From Bdellovibrionales bacterium (GTDB taxonomy: Bacteria > Bdellovibrionota > Bdellovibrionia > Bdellovibrionales > UBA1609): a DNA stretch of 45,525 nucleotides. This document shows, in pieces, positions 15,741 through 26,611 of the stretch. The DNA is taken from the NCBI GenBank assembly GCA_041690295.1, contig JAWLHR010000023.1, positions 1-45,525 on the forward strand, given 5' to 3'. Position numbers and translations under genes: made by a program. Each line of letters starts with the position of its first letter. The first letter of the stretch is position 1. The notes beneath the pieces are model-generated. The model ran no database searches. It saw nothing but the letters and a program-made list of their open reading frames with translations, and was not told the DNA's origin.

Positions 15741-16379
15741 ATGAATTCCGTATTGATCGCGCTTTTGCTCGTCTTTTCCGCTCCGGTCATCGCCGCTGAC
15801 GGCGGTACCGCCAAAGAATCCGGAAAAAATGCCGCGAAAGCCAAAAGCAAAACTACAAGCAAGGGAAAAGAAATGTTCGCTGTGATGGAAACGTCGATGG
15901 GCAAGATCAAGGTGCGCCTTTTTCCGGACAAGGCTCCGAAAACGGTTGAAAATTTCGTGGGCCTCGCCGAAGGCACCAAAGAATGGACGGATCCAAAAAC
16001 CGGCAAGAAAGAAAAGAAGCCGCTTTATAACGGCACGGTTTTCCATCGGGTGATCAAGAAGTTCATGATTCAGGGCGGTGATCCGCTGGGCAATGGTCGG
16101 GGCGGACCCGGTTACACCTTTGAGGATGAATTCAGTCCTGATTTAAAGCACGACAAACCCGGTATTTTGTCCATGGCGAACGCCGGCCCCGGCACCAATG
16201 GCAGCCAGTTTTTTATTACGGTTGAACCCACGCCATGGCTCGATAACAAGCACTCCATCTTCGGCGAAGTGGTCGAAGGTCTGGATGTCGTTAAAAAGAT
16301 CTCCGAGACCAAAACTTCGGCGGGCGATCGTCCCGTACAGGACGTGGTACTGAAGAGCGTAAAAATCGAACGCCATTGA
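15741..16379 (+). CDS. Cyclophilin-type peptidyl-prolyl cis-trans isomerase with signal peptide
   Basis: [40 protein letters not shown] and WLD.KH.IFG.V. Confidence 0.95.
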   Translation: MNSVLIALLLVFSAPVIAADGGTAKESGKNAAKAKSKTTSKGKEMFAVMETSMGKIKVRLFPDKAPKTVENFVGLAEGTKEWTDPKTGKKEKKPLYNGTVFHRVIKKFMIQGGDPLGNGRGGPGYTFEDEFSPDLKHDKPGILSMANAGPGTNGSQFFITVEPTPWLDNKHSIFGEVVEGLDVVKKISETKTSAGDRPVQDVVLKSVKIERH

Positions 16380-16390
16380 TGATCATAAGT

Positions 16391-16417
16391 TCAGATTGAC
16401 GGATAACATTCCGATAA
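16391..16417 (+). promoter_or_regulatory. Sigma28 (FliA)-type promoter TCAG-N15-TCCGATAA
   Basis: Matches TAAA-N15-GCCGATAA spacing, 10 nt before ATG 16428. Confidence 0.55.
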
Positions 16418-16427
16418 ATCTGAAGTT

Positions 16428-17158
16428 ATGAACAAGGCCTTCATTTTAGTTTTAGGTCTATCGGCCGCTCTGATTTCAATAACTGGAGCGGCTTTTTCCA
16501 TTATGGGCCTGACTAAACTTTTCTCGGGGGCCCCTGTCGCCGTGGGCATCATGGCCGGAGCACTGGAATTGGCCAAATGGTTTCGGCCAGCTTTCTGCAC
16601 CGAAACTGGTCCCGGTTGAACATCATCATGAAATTTTACCTATGCCTGGCGGTCAGTATTCTCATGGCCATCACCAGCATGGGGATCTTCGGCTATCTCT
16701 CATTTGCTTACCAAAAAACCTCGGCCGACCTCAAAGATACCCTCGTGCGCATCGATTACCTGGAATCTCAGGGACGGAAAATTCAGTCGGAAATCGAACG
16801 TGTTCAAAAGTCGATCGATAACGTTCCCGCTAACCGGATCACGCGGCGATTGGATATGCAAAAAGAAATGGAGCCGCACATTCGGAAATTGCAACAACAA
16901 GCGATCGAAGTGCAGATGAAACTTCGTAACGAAGAGTTGAAGAAAAATTCCTATCAAATGGAAATCGGTCCCGTGATCTACGTGGCGGAGGCCCTTGGCG
17001 CGAAAACCGATAAAGTGGCCATCTGGCTGATCGTTTTGTTCGTGATCGTGTTCGATCCGCTGGCGGTTTGCCTGGTCTTGGCTACAACCTTCGCGATAAA
17101 CAACCGTGAAGGCTTACTCATTCCCATGGAAGCGCCCAGGGATCAAAAAGTCGCCTGA
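16428..17158 (+). pseudogene. Membrane/coiled-coil protein (DUF4407-like architecture) split by a 1-nt frameshift at about 16575-16579
   Basis: ORF 16428 (..GALELAK) joins ORF 16577 (MVSASFLHRNW..) into one coherent protein if one extra A is present in GCCAAATGG. Confidence 0.7.
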
Positions 17159-20100
17159 CGGCGCTCGAAACGCGACAACATTTTATAAAGCGAAGGCACC
17201 ACGAACAACGTGAGCAATGTGGAAAGAAGCATTCCACCGATAATGGTCAGCCCCATTGGTGTGCGCGTCTCCTGCCCCAAACTATTGCCGACCACCAAGG
17301 GAACCGCGGCGGCGATCGTCGCCACCGACGTCATCAAAATCGGACGCAAGCGGACCGGACAGCCTTTAAGAAGCGACTCCGTCACATCCAGTTTTTCGCG
17401 GTCACGCACCTGATTGGTGAACTCAACCAGAAGAATCGAATTCTTTTTGGCGATACCCATCAACACGATCAATCCGATGAAGCTGAAGAGGTTCAGCGAG
17501 ATGCCGCTCACCCAAAGGGCGATCAAGGCGCCCGTCAAACTGAATGGGAGCGCCATGAGCACGGAGATCGGTTGAATAAAGGAGTTAAACTGGACCGCGA
17601 GAACCATGTAAGCCACAACAATTCCCAGTAAGAGCGCCATCGTCAGACTACGAAAACTTTCCGCCAGGCCCGCCGCCGATCCGTCCAGCGACATCGAATA
17701 TCCTTCGGGCAATATCTCCCGCGCGATTTCCTCGGCGCGAGCGATCACCGCGGCCTGCGATTTGCCTTCTTTTAATTGGCCGAAAACCCCGATCGCACGC
17801 TGACGATTGATCCGCGTGATGGTCTGAATCGTGCTCACCTCTTTAATGCTCACCAAATCCCCGAGCGAAATAATATTGCCGAACTGGTTGCGGACACCGA
17901 TTTTGCGAATGTCTTCACGGGTAAGGATTTCCGATTCAGGGACTTTCACCCGGATGTCATATCGACGGCCACTGGCCGTGTAACGGCTGACGCGAGTTCC
18001 GGCGATCGCCGCATTCAGTGTGTTCGCCACCGATTCGATGCTCACGCCTTTCGCCGCCAACCGGTCACGAATGGGCTCGATCTGCAACTCGGGAACACCG
18101 AGCCTGAAATCCGTATCCATGTCCTGCGCCAGACCTTCATCTTCAAGTCGCTTGATGAGCTCCTGAGCTTTCTCATTCAGAACGGTTAGATCGCCGCCTT
18201 GGAGATTCAGGGAGATCGGAAATTGCCGGCCCACGGTTAAATTGCGTGACGAAATATCACGTAGGCTCACACGCAGGTCTTTAATGTCTTTCAACCCCTT
18301 ACGAATTTCCGCCATGATCTCAAGATGCGTCCGTTTTCGTTCAAGTCGGTTCGTCAACGAAATCGGCATGAACATTTGATTCACGCTGCTGGCTCCGGGG
18401 CCGCCACCGACGGACATCATATAACCTTCCACTTCGGGGATGGCGCCCACAACCGCTTCGATTTTCTCCGCGGCTTTTGAAGTCATTTCGAGCGATGTCC
18501 CCGGCGGAAGCTGACCGCTCAGAATAATGAAGTTCTGATCCTGCATGGGAACGAACTCCTGTCGGATCATTCGCACCATGTACAAGGACACCACGAAGAA
18601 AACCATCGAAATGAAAACCACCATGCCGGAATGTCGTAAGGTCACGCGCAGGATGTTCCGGTAAATTTCATTCAAACGTTCAAACCAATGGTCCAATTTT
18701 CTCTCGAACGCGGAAATTGTGGGTGCTGTTGACATGAACGCCGCGGCTCGCATGGGCGTAATCGTCACGGCTTCAAGCAATGAAAGCAGAACGGCGATCG
18801 ACATGGCCACGCCGAACTGGAAAAAGAACTTTCCGGTGATGCCTTCCATGAAAATCACCGGTGCGAACACGGCGATCACCGCCAAAGTCGCGGCGGTGGC
18901 GGCCGGAAGAATCTCCATCGCTCCGTCAAACGCCGCTTTGTAAGGAGGTTTCCCCATTCGGTAATGGCGCACGATATTTTCAAGGAGCATAATGGCGTCG
19001 TCCACAACGATGGAAATGGCCAGCGTTAACGCCAACAACGAGAAGAGATTCAGGGTGAATCCCGCAAGATATAAAAAGAAAAACGTGCCCACGATCGACG
19101 TCGGGATGCTGAAAAGCACGTTGAGCGCGGCTTGAAGACTGCCCAAGAAAAGAAAACAAACCAAAATCGTGACCACGCCGGCCACGACCAGTTTTTCCAA
19201 GGTGGAGTTCACAACCGCCTTGGTGGGTTCGGTAAAGTTCACCCGCAAGCTGAGGTCGTAACCTTCAGGGAGCGACTTTTTAACCTTTTCCACTTGTTGC
19301 TTTACGTGCTCCGCCAATTCGACCTCGTTGGCGCCCCGCTGCTTGCTGACCGCGATTGAAATCGAAGGTTTGCCGTTCACGCGCGCGAGCCGGCGGATAT
19401 CCGACAAACCATCTTCCACATCCGCCACATCACCGATTGTTAAACGCACATCTTGAATGGTCTGACCGCCACGACGAAGAAGCCTTAGATTTTTAACCTC
19501 ATCGACGCTATAGGCCTCACCCAGCCATCGCACCCGTAGTTCCCGCTCGTTTTCGACGAATTGGCCGGCAGCCGCCTCCACGTGCTGGGTGGTGATGGCC
19601 TCGATCACATCCAAGACCGTCAACTCAAGGCGCTTCAACTTATCGAGATGGGGCCAAACGCGAAGATTCCGGTCACTGAAGCCACGGATATCGACATCGC
19701 CGATATTCGGTAAAAAGCGGAACTGATCCAGCAGATACTGATCGGCGAACACGATCAGTTCGCGAATCGGAACATCGCCAGTCAAAGACATGAACATGAT
19801 GGGCGATTCTTCGGGATTTCGTTTGCGAACCACCGGCGGATCCACTCCCATTGGCAAACGGATCTGACTGATGGCGGTTTGCACCTCTTGCAGCGCCACA
19901 TCCACGTTGCGATTGATGTCGAAATTCAGCTGAACCGAACCGGATCCCTGCCTCACGCTCGACTTCATTTCCTGGACGCCTTCGATCGACAGAAGTTCGG
20001 TTTCGATTTCATCGATGAGTTCAGCTTCCACGATCTCAGGCGCGGCACCTTCGAAGTTCACGGAAACACTGACGACTGGAAAATCGACGTCGGGAAGCTG

Positions 20101-20205
20101 GCTGACACCAAGTTGGCTAAGGCCGAATCCGCCAAAGACAATCAGCGCCGCCATTAAGATCCAGGCGAAAACCGTCCGCCTGAGTGAAATTTCTATGAGA
20201 TTCAC
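17143..20205 (-). CDS. RND efflux transporter permease (AcrB/AcrD/AcrF family)
   Basis: 1020 aa, PDVDFPVVSV, IVVDDAIMLLENI, KKNSILLVEF and RLRPILMTS. Confidence 0.95.
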   Translation of the reverse strand: MNLIEISLRRTVFAWILMAALIVFGGFGLSQLGVSQLPDVDFPVVSVSVNFEGAAPEIVEAELIDEIETELLSIEGVQEMKSSVRQGSGSVQLNFDINRNVDVALQEVQTAISQIRLPMGVDPPVVRKRNPEESPIMFMSLTGDVPIRELIVFADQYLLDQFRFLPNIGDVDIRGFSDRNLRVWPHLDKLKRLELTVLDVIEAITTQHVEAAAGQFVENERELRVRWLGEAYSVDEVKNLRLLRRGGQTIQDVRLTIGDVADVEDGLSDIRRLARVNGKPSISIAVSKQRGANEVELAEHVKQQVEKVKKSLPEGYDLSLRVNFTEPTKAVVNSTLEKLVVAGVVTILVCFLFLGSLQAALNVLFSIPTSIVGTFFFLYLAGFTLNLFSLLALTLAISIVVDDAIMLLENIVRHYRMGKPPYKAAFDGAMEILPAATAATLAVIAVFAPVIFMEGITGKFFFQFGVAMSIAVLLSLLEAVTITPMRAAAFMSTAPTISAFERKLDHWFERLNEIYRNILRVTLRHSGMVVFISMVFFVVSLYMVRMIRQEFVPMQDQNFIILSGQLPPGTSLEMTSKAAEKIEAVVGAIPEVEGYMMSVGGGPGASSVNQMFMPISLTNRLERKRTHLEIMAEIRKGLKDIKDLRVSLRDISSRNLTVGRQFPISLNLQGGDLTVLNEKAQELIKRLEDEGLAQDMDTDFRLGVPELQIEPIRDRLAAKGVSIESVANTLNAAIAGTRVSRYTASGRRYDIRVKVPESEILTREDIRKIGVRNQFGNIISLGDLVSIKEVSTIQTITRINRQRAIGVFGQLKEGKSQAAVIARAEEIAREILPEGYSMSLDGSAAGLAESFRSLTMALLLGIVVAYMVLAVQFNSFIQPISVLMALPFSLTGALIALWVSGISLNLFSFIGLIVLMGIAKKNSILLVEFTNQVRDREKLDVTESLLKGCPVRLRPILMTSVATIAAAVPLVVGNSLGQETRTPMGLTIIGGMLLSTLLTLFVVPSLYKMLSRFERRQATF

Positions 20206-20225
20206 TTGTGAAGGATAGTACAGCT

Positions 20226-20254
20226 ATGACCGGAGTCGCAAGGACTCCGGTCAT
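20226..20254. terminator. Perfect 12-bp hairpin between the MlaC-like gene and the RND gene
   Basis: ATGACCGGAGTC-GCAAG-GACTCCGGTCAT, with weak U tracts. Confidence 0.5.
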
Positions 20255-20279
20255 TAAATTTTTCTCATCAAATGCCAGC

Positions 20280-20891
20280 TTACTGGCAAGAACGATAATC
20301 AGGTTGCGATTTGATGTGATTTACCAATGCGGTCACTGGCAAGGAGCCATGCGGATCTTTGTTATACTCGTCATTCAAAATCCGCTGATACTCACCCGAT
20401 TGCGATTGAACCAAGCTCATTCCCAAGTATTCAATGTCGACGATCTCCAGTTTCAGAGCCAGCTTTTGCACGATGACATATCCACGATAGGTTTTATTGC
20501 CCGTGCGGATCGTCACACCCACCTCGAACAAGTTTTCACCACGTAATTTGGCATGTTCATCGACGGTATATGTGCCGTGCACGCCCGCGCCCAAAAAAGG
20601 CAGGGCTTTGGTCATAAGCATCGACGGCACCATGCCAATAAATTCCGTGATCGCGTTCTGATCACGCGACAAGCCGAAATAGTTTCCCAGCCAAACGCTG
20701 GCGATCTGCGGCTGCCCCAAACGCTCTTTTAAAAGCAAACACATCCCGCTGAACCGGACCGCCTCATCTTTATTTTCCAAGATGGCTTTACCGGTCGTGA
20801 GCGTGTCATCGACGAATTCCGTAACTGGATCGTGGCCAAATGCCGGCGCGCTAAAGATGATGACCATCAATAGCCAGAACACCCGTTTCAT
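20280..20891 (-). CDS. MlaC/Ttg2D-like periplasmic lipid-binding protein
   Basis: Signal peptide, IA..WLG.Y and IVDIEYLGMSLV.SQ..EY..IL. Confidence 0.75.
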   Translation of the reverse strand: MKRVFWLLMVIIFSAPAFGHDPVTEFVDDTLTTGKAILENKDEAVRFSGMCLLLKERLGQPQIASVWLGNYFGLSRDQNAITEFIGMVPSMLMTKALPFLGAGVHGTYTVDEHAKLRGENLFEVGVTIRTGNKTYRGYVIVQKLALKLEIVDIEYLGMSLVQSQSGEYQRILNDEYNKDPHGSLPVTALVNHIKSQPDYRSCQ

Positions 20892-20977
20892 AATTCCCCC
20901 TAAAAAGTTTAAATTGATTGATTATTCGCCCAAGACCTTGGTCAAGACAACTGTACCAAGGTCCGGGTTTTCAGCTG

Positions 20978-21460
20978 TCACCACCACTGGCGAGGGAAAA
21001 CAAAATATATGTATGGATACTTTTTGTGCGAATCGATGGGGCGCACGATGACCGGTTGCACACGTTTTAGGATGGCGCCCGATGACGCTTTTAATAACTG
21101 TGGCGCGGTATAAACGTAAGGACGAGTGGGCACCCGATAGACCGGTAAGACGGTTGGGCATGTGGAACAGGGGACACACGGATCATAAGGATAGGACGCG
21201 GCACAGGAATTAAGCCCGCCCGCTGGTCTATAAACCAAATTTCCCGAGCGAATGGACGTTTGCAGATCCGTCGCTTCGATCGCGTTTTCAAGTCGATCGT
21301 CATCGAGGATCAATGATTCCGCCGCGATCCATTCGCCCGTGGGGCTTTGAATCTCGACCGAATGAGTGGTCAAATCCAACCTGATTTCGATATATGATTG
21401 CGGCGCTGCTGAGGCTCCAATCAATGTAAGTGCGACCGCGATCCAGAAAAGTATCCGCAT
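20978..21460 (-). CDS. Secreted hypothetical protein with Cys/Pro cluster (CVPCSTCP)
   Basis: AGGAGG SD before ATG 21460. Signal peptide. Confidence 0.65.
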   Translation of the reverse strand: MRILFWIAVALTLIGASAAPQSYIEIRLDLTTHSVEIQSPTGEWIAAESLILDDDRLENAIEATDLQTSIRSGNLVYRPAGGLNSCAASYPYDPCVPCSTCPTVLPVYRVPTRPYVYTAPQLLKASSGAILKRVQPVIVRPIDSHKKYPYIYFVFPRQWW

Positions 21461-21497
21461 AGAACCTCCTCGGAACACGTCCGAAGGAGGTTAATGC

Positions 21498-21521
21498 AAA
21501 CAAAACGCCCGCCGCCGGGCG
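21498..21521 (-). terminator. Intrinsic terminator after rpoD
   Basis: CGCCCG-GCGG-CGGGCG-TTTTGTTT on the minus strand. Confidence 0.7.
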
Positions 21522-21530
21522 GCAAAGCGT

Positions 21531-23360
21531 CTACTCGATAAATGCCTTTAATTTATTGCTACGGCTCGGATGGCGAAGTTTACGCAAGGCTTTGGCTTCA
21601 ATCTGACGAATCCGTTCACGGGTGACGTTGAAATCCTGCCCCACTTCCTCAAGGGTGTGGTCGCTTTCCTCGCCGATACCAAAGCGCATGCGAAGAACTT
21701 TCTCTTCACGCGCCGTGAGTGTCGCCAGAACCCGTCGGGTTTGCTCGGCCAAATTCAGGTTAACAATGGCATCCGAGGGGTTAATGACCTTTTTATCCTC
21801 GATAAAATCTCCCAGGTGTGAATCTTCTTCCTCACCAACCGGAGTTTCGAGAGAGATCGGCTCCTTGGCGATTTTGAGAACTTTGCGGACTTTATCGACC
21901 GGCATATCCATCTTAACCGCGATCTCCTCAGGAGTGGGCTCTCGTCCCAATTCCTGCACCAGATAACGGCTCGTGCGCACCAATTTGTTGATCGTTTCGA
22001 TCATATGCACCGGAATACGAATCGTGCGCGCCTGGTCGGCGATCGCGCGAGTGATCGCCTGCCGGATCCACCATGTCGCATAGGTCGAAAACTTGTAACC
22101 GCGACGGTATTCGAATTTGTCGACGGCTTTCATCAAACCGATGTTGCCCTCTTGAATCAGATCCAAAAATTGCAATCCGCGATTGGTGTATTTCTTGGCG
22201 ATCGAAACCACGAGACGAAGATTCGCCTCAACCAGTTCGGATTTCGCTTTGTCCGCTTCGCGTTCACCTTTCCAGATGGCCGTGTAAGTGTCGCGAATCC
22301 ACTCGAACGTCATCTCGGTTTCTTTCATCAGCCGATCCAGACGTTCTTGCGCGTCAGCGGCCGACAAATAGAAATTGCGGAACTGATTGAACGTGAGACC
22401 GCCGGTCTCTTTGGTCATCTTGGCGATTTCCTGCTCCGATGTTTCCATCAGCTTAAAACGTTGCGCCATGTGATGAATGTCTTTGTGGAAGGTTTTTTCC
22501 ACCGCGGTCTTCACGCGTTTGCGAAGCTCGGACATCCGGGCCACGAGATTTTTAAATTTAATCACGATGCGGTTGATGGTCTTGCGGTTGAAGTTGATGC
22601 TTTCGAAGTTTTCCATCAACTCGGCGTTCAGTTTCTCGAGCTCCTTGGCCGCCGCTTCCGCCGTGGGCGATTTATGCGGAGATTCTTTAATCACCTGAAA
22701 AGGCTTCGCGGCTTTCTTTTGATATTTCTTAACGTGACCGATCAGCTCGTGAATTTTCTGAACGTATTCCTGCTCGTCGTACTGAGTGTCTTCGTCTTCC
22801 AAACCGCGGAAGATGGCTTTAACCTTGATTCGCCCTTCATCAAGCCGCTTACCCAACTGAATGATCTCGTTGGTTCCGATCGGCGACATGGTGATCGCGC
22901 GAACGATTTCGCGCTCACCGGCTTCGATTCGGCGGGCGATTTCAACTTCGCCTTCACGGGTGAGAAGCGAAACGCTACCCATTTTTCTGAGGTAGAGGCG
23001 GACGGGGTCATTCGATTTGGCGTCGCCCTCCGTCTCTTTTTCTTCTTCCTCTTCTTCCTCGGTCTCCTTATCGGGGTCGCTAAGGAAAAATTGGTCTTCT
23101 TCTTCCTCTTTCTTATTTTCTGACGGTTCTGTAATTGCTACACCATTGACCTCGAGCGCCTGCATGAAAGTATCGAGCACGGAGGGCGCCACGATTTCGG
23201 CCGGAAGAAGCTCATTAATTTCCTCAATAGTCAGCGAGCCGCGCTCTTTGGAAATGCGGATAAACCGTTGGATTTCCTCCTTTATCAGCTCTTCCTGTTG
23301 CTGCAGCGTCAGTGCTGGTGCGGTCGCTTTCGTGCTATTGTCTGTGGTGGTTTTTGACAT
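21531..23360 (-). CDS. rpoD: RNA polymerase primary sigma factor RpoD
   Basis: [41 protein letters not shown] and TLEEVG...TRERIRQIE. Confidence 0.99.
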   Translation of the reverse strand: MSKTTTDNSTKATAPALTLQQQEELIKEEIQRFIRISKERGSLTIEEINELLPAEIVAPSVLDTFMQALEVNGVAITEPSENKKEEEEDQFFLSDPDKETEEEEEEEKETEGDAKSNDPVRLYLRKMGSVSLLTREGEVEIARRIEAGEREIVRAITMSPIGTNEIIQLGKRLDEGRIKVKAIFRGLEDEDTQYDEQEYVQKIHELIGHVKKYQKKAAKPFQVIKESPHKSPTAEAAAKELEKLNAELMENFESINFNRKTINRIVIKFKNLVARMSELRKRVKTAVEKTFHKDIHHMAQRFKLMETSEQEIAKMTKETGGLTFNQFRNFYLSAADAQERLDRLMKETEMTFEWIRDTYTAIWKGEREADKAKSELVEANLRLVVSIAKKYTNRGLQFLDLIQEGNIGLMKAVDKFEYRRGYKFSTYATWWIRQAITRAIADQARTIRIPVHMIETINKLVRTSRYLVQELGREPTPEEIAVKMDMPVDKVRKVLKIAKEPISLETPVGEEEDSHLGDFIEDKKVINPSDAIVNLNLAEQTRRVLATLTAREEKVLRMRFGIGEESDHTLEEVGQDFNVTRERIRQIEAKALRKLRHPSRSNKLKAFIE

Positions 23361-23393
23361 TCCTAAAGTGCTCCTAAACCTACTTAGAGGGTT

Positions 23394-25193
23394 TTAAGAA
23401 TCGCGGGCTAATGACCTTCGATTCCGGTGGACATTCATTATCTGTTCCAGTTGGTCGGCCGAATCTGCCGGGTTTAAGGCCCGTAATCCTGAAAGTAATT
23501 CTTTTGATTGGTTTCGCAAAAATTTATCCTTCACTCTCAGAATACAATCCTGCAAGAGCTTCGCCGCGCCATCGTCGGTTAAATTCCGATAGGGGTCCGT
23601 GAGATGTCTAGTTACCATCTCCGGTTGACAAACTTCTCCTGCTATTAAGGCCGATAACATATCAAATTTATTGGGCATTAGTCCATACAGTTCCTGCAAC
23701 CGCCCAAAGACTTTACGCCCCCCCGGATGTGATATCTGTGTGAACACCCCTGACGCCAAAGCCTCTTTTAGATAGACCTCCCGAAGCAGGATTACGTTTA
23801 ATAATTCGAGTTCGGGTTTGGGCAGGCCCTTCAAATCGATTTTATCGGGCTCCTGGGCCGCCTTGGGCGCTTCTGGGGTGGCCTGAGGCCGTACCTCTCG
23901 CCTTTTTACGGGCTTTTTGACGCTCTGTTCGATGAGGGCTGGAGCCACATCAATGAGGTTCGCCAAATTTTGAATGTAGAGGGTTTTTAACCGCCCGTCG
24001 GAGACCCGCTCAAGGATCGGACTCATCTCATCCAAAAATCGGACTTTTCCCGAAGGCGAACCTTTCGACTCCATCCAGACATTCGCGGCCACGATTTCAA
24101 ACAAATCGGGAGCGGCGGCAATCAGGGCTTTCAGTTTATCCGCACCAAATTTGTTTATGTAGTCGTCGGGATCCAGATCATCGGGGAGAATCAGGCCCCG
24201 GCAAAGTATTCCCTCTTCCAGAAGAATGGGTAAACTCCGGCGGGCCGCGGACCGCCCGGCCTCATCGCCATCGAAAAGCAACAACACTTTATTTGTGAAT
24301 CTCTTGATCGCGCGGGCGTGATCGGGGGTGAGCGCCGTCCCGAGAGTCGCCACCACGTTGGTTACGCCACCTTTCACCAACGCGAGCCAGTCCATGTAAC
24401 CTTCGACGATGATCGCTTCATCGGCGGCGCGAATGTATTTGCCGGAAAAATTCAGCCCGTAAAAAACTTTACCTTTATGAAAGATCGGCGAATCGGGGCT
24501 GTTTAAATACTTGGGCTGGTGTTCTTTGTTGAGCACGCGTCCGCCGAAACCCAAAACCTGCCCCGAAGAGGAAATGATGGGGAACATGAGCCTGTGGCGA
24601 AAAATATCGTAGTGACCGGTTTTTCCACCCGTTCGCCGCTTGATGAGGCCCAACTGTTCAGCCAACGAGAGTGGTACTTTTTTTGAATCAAATAAATCCG
24701 TGAGTTGAGTCCAGGCATCGGGCGCGTAGCCCAGCTTATGAGTTTCAACCAACTCCTCGGATAAACCCCGCCGGCGCAAATACTCTTTTACGGGATGGGA
24801 CGACGGCAATTTTTTAAGTTCAGTGACGAAGAAATTCGCCGCCAGCGCGTTCACGCGGAACAGCGGTTCTTTACTCGAACGCGGATTCTCGCCACGTTCA
24901 ACTTGCGGAATGGGCAATCCCGCCCGGCGGGCCAGAAACTCGACGGCCTCGGGGAAAGTCAGCCCTTGATAATTTTGCACGAAGGAAAAGACGTTTCCCG
25001 AGGCTTTGCAACCAAAGCAATGGTAAACTTGTTTATCCTCACTGACGGAGAAACTCGGCGATTTTTCATTGTGAAACGGACAAAGCCCCTGATGATTGTG
25101 ACCCGTCCGGCGCAGTTGAACGTATTGTCCGATGACGTCGATGATGTTCGACGCCTCTCGAACCCGCTCGATGAAATCCTGCGGAAACTTCAC
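23394..25193 (-). CDS. dnaG: DNA primase
   Basis: CPFHNEKSPSF zinc finger, KYLNSP, and TOPRIM motifs EGYMD and FDGD.AG. Confidence 0.98.
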   Translation of the reverse strand: MKFPQDFIERVREASNIIDVIGQYVQLRRTGHNHQGLCPFHNEKSPSFSVSEDKQVYHCFGCKASGNVFSFVQNYQGLTFPEAVEFLARRAGLPIPQVERGENPRSSKEPLFRVNALAANFFVTELKKLPSSHPVKEYLRRRGLSEELVETHKLGYAPDAWTQLTDLFDSKKVPLSLAEQLGLIKRRTGGKTGHYDIFRHRLMFPIISSSGQVLGFGGRVLNKEHQPKYLNSPDSPIFHKGKVFYGLNFSGKYIRAADEAIIVEGYMDWLALVKGGVTNVVATLGTALTPDHARAIKRFTNKVLLLFDGDEAGRSAARRSLPILLEEGILCRGLILPDDLDPDDYINKFGADKLKALIAAAPDLFEIVAANVWMESKGSPSGKVRFLDEMSPILERVSDGRLKTLYIQNLANLIDVAPALIEQSVKKPVKRREVRPQATPEAPKAAQEPDKIDLKGLPKPELELLNVILLREVYLKEALASGVFTQISHPGGRKVFGRLQELYGLMPNKFDMLSALIAGEVCQPEMVTRHLTDPYRNLTDDGAAKLLQDCILRVKDKFLRNQSKELLSGLRALNPADSADQLEQIMNVHRNRRSLARDS

Positions 25194-25218
25194 GTGCAGT
25201 CCCCCCGATCAGGCGCAC

Positions 25219-25665
25219 TTACTGCAGTTTACTTTTAACCAGATCACTGATCATTTTGCCGTCCGCCTGACCGGCGGTTCGGGCCATGACCTCTTTGATC
25301 ACCGCACCCATTTGCTTGATGCTCGTGGCGCCGGTCGACTGGATGACCTCGTCCACGATTTTGGCGACTTGGTCCGCCGGCATTTGCTGCGGCAAATATT
25401 CTTCAAGAACGTTGAGTTCAAATTTTTCTTTATCGACTAAATCAGTCCGTCCGGCTTTTTCAAATTCCGCGATCGAATCTTTACGCTGTTTCGCTAGTTT
25501 TCGGATCACGCCGATCACGTCCTGTTCGGACATCGGATTCGGGCGCAACTCGATCTCACGGTTTTTGATCGCCGATTGAAGAAAACGGATCGCGCTCAAA
25601 CGATCCGCTTCCTTGTTTTTCATGGCGAGCTTGATGTCTTCGAGAATTTTCTCACGTAAACCCAT
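25219..25665 (-). CDS. yqeY: GatB/YqeY domain protein
   Basis: KQRKDSI..F.KAGR.DL..KE..EL..L..YLP. Conserved position between rpsU and dnaG. Confidence 0.95.
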   Translation of the reverse strand: MGLREKILEDIKLAMKNKEADRLSAIRFLQSAIKNREIELRPNPMSEQDVIGVIRKLAKQRKDSIAEFEKAGRTDLVDKEKFELNVLEEYLPQQMPADQVAKIVDEVIQSTGATSIKQMGAVIKEVMARTAGQADGKMISDLVKSKLQ

Positions 25666-25684
25666 CACGATCACCTTTCGCTGA

Positions 25685-25879
25685 TTACGGTCCCCGACGT
25701 TGTTTCTTCAACAAACGCTTGCGCGCGGCCATGGATTTCTTTTTACGGCGCACGCTGGGCTTTTCAAAATGCTCCCGCTTTTTGATTTCAGACAGGAGGC
25801 CCGATTTTTCACAGGCTTTTTTGAATCGCCGGAAAGCCTGTTCAAAGGCTTCGTTGTCGCGAATTCGCACTAATGCCAC
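25685..25879 (-). CDS. rpsU: 30S ribosomal protein S21
   Basis: RRFKK.CEK.G...[11 protein letters not shown]. Confidence 0.97.
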   Translation of the reverse strand: MALVRIRDNEAFEQAFRRFKKACEKSGLLSEIKKREHFEKPSVRRKKKSMAARKRLLKKQRRGP

Positions 25880-25941
25880 TCTTTATCACCTTCCTTCGCT
25901 GGCTTGTAGACTTGAGAAGTCTATCAGGTGTAACAAAGCCT

Positions 25942-26400
25942 GTGGTCAGCGACAACGATTTTAAGTACATGCAAAAAGCCCTAGAATTGGCTGCCTGCGC
26001 GGCGGACGCGGGAGAGGTCCCCGTAGGGGCCGTTATTGTCTGTGAAAACCAAATCATTGCGGAAGCTTACAATGAGAGGGAAACCCGGCCCTCGGCGCTG
26101 GCCCACGCCGAAATCCTGGCTTTGGAGCGGGCCACGGCCCACCTCGGCCGATGGCGTTTAAGCGGCTGTACGCTTTATGTGACCCTTGAGCCCTGTTTGA
26201 TGTGCGCCGGAGCCATTATCCAAGCCCGGGTGGATCGGGTTGTTTACGGCGCCAAGGACCCCAAAGCCGGGGCGGTCGACTCGCTTTATCAAGTTCTGCG
26301 GGATGAACGCTTGAATCATCGCCCTGAAGTGACTTCGGGCGTTATGGCCGAGCCCTGCGGCCGCATTTTGAGCGAATTTTTTCGCCAGCGTCGGGTCTGA
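25942..26400 (+). CDS. tadA: tRNA adenosine(34) deaminase
   Basis: GEVPVGAV, HAE, and TLEPC.MC. Start is GTG 25942 or ATG 25969. Confidence 0.95.
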   Translation: MVSDNDFKYMQKALELAACAADAGEVPVGAVIVCENQIIAEAYNERETRPSALAHAEILALERATAHLGRWRLSGCTLYVTLEPCLMCAGAIIQARVDRVVYGAKDPKAGAVDSLYQVLRDERLNHRPEVTSGVMAEPCGRILSEFFRQRRV

Positions 26401-26484
26401 CGGAGTTCGCGGCCAGCGAATTCTCCGACTGTCACTGGACGCTCAGCGACCGAAATGCTAGCACATGAAATTCAAAACCAAAAC

Positions 26485-26574
26485 GGAGAGATGGCCGAGT
26501 GGTTTAAGGCGCACGCCTGGAACGCGTGTAACGGTTAACCCCGTTCGTGAGTTCGAATCTCACTCTCTCCGCCA
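26485..26574 (+). tRNA. tRNA-Ser(GGA)
   Basis: GGAGAGA/TCTCTCC acceptor, CACGC-CT-GGA-AC-GCGTG anticodon arm, long variable arm, GTTCGAAT T-loop and GCCA end. Confidence 0.97.
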
Positions 26575-26577
26575 AAT

Positions 26578-26608
26578 AAAAATGCCACCCTATCGGGGTG
26601 GCTTTTTT
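26578..26608 (+). terminator. Intrinsic terminator of tRNA-Ser
   Basis: GCCACCC-TATCG-GGGTGGC-TTTTTT. Confidence 0.85.
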
Positions 26609-26611
26609 GTT

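Noticed and set aside
16570..16585. Programmed -1 ribosomal frameshift
   Set aside because: No slippery heptamer or obvious stimulatory structure. Reported as a simple frameshift instead.
22005..23123. 372-aa plus-strand ORF, and similar antisense ORFs over liv, RND and kinase genes
   Set aside because: Antisense shadow frames of well-conserved genes. No motifs or SD.
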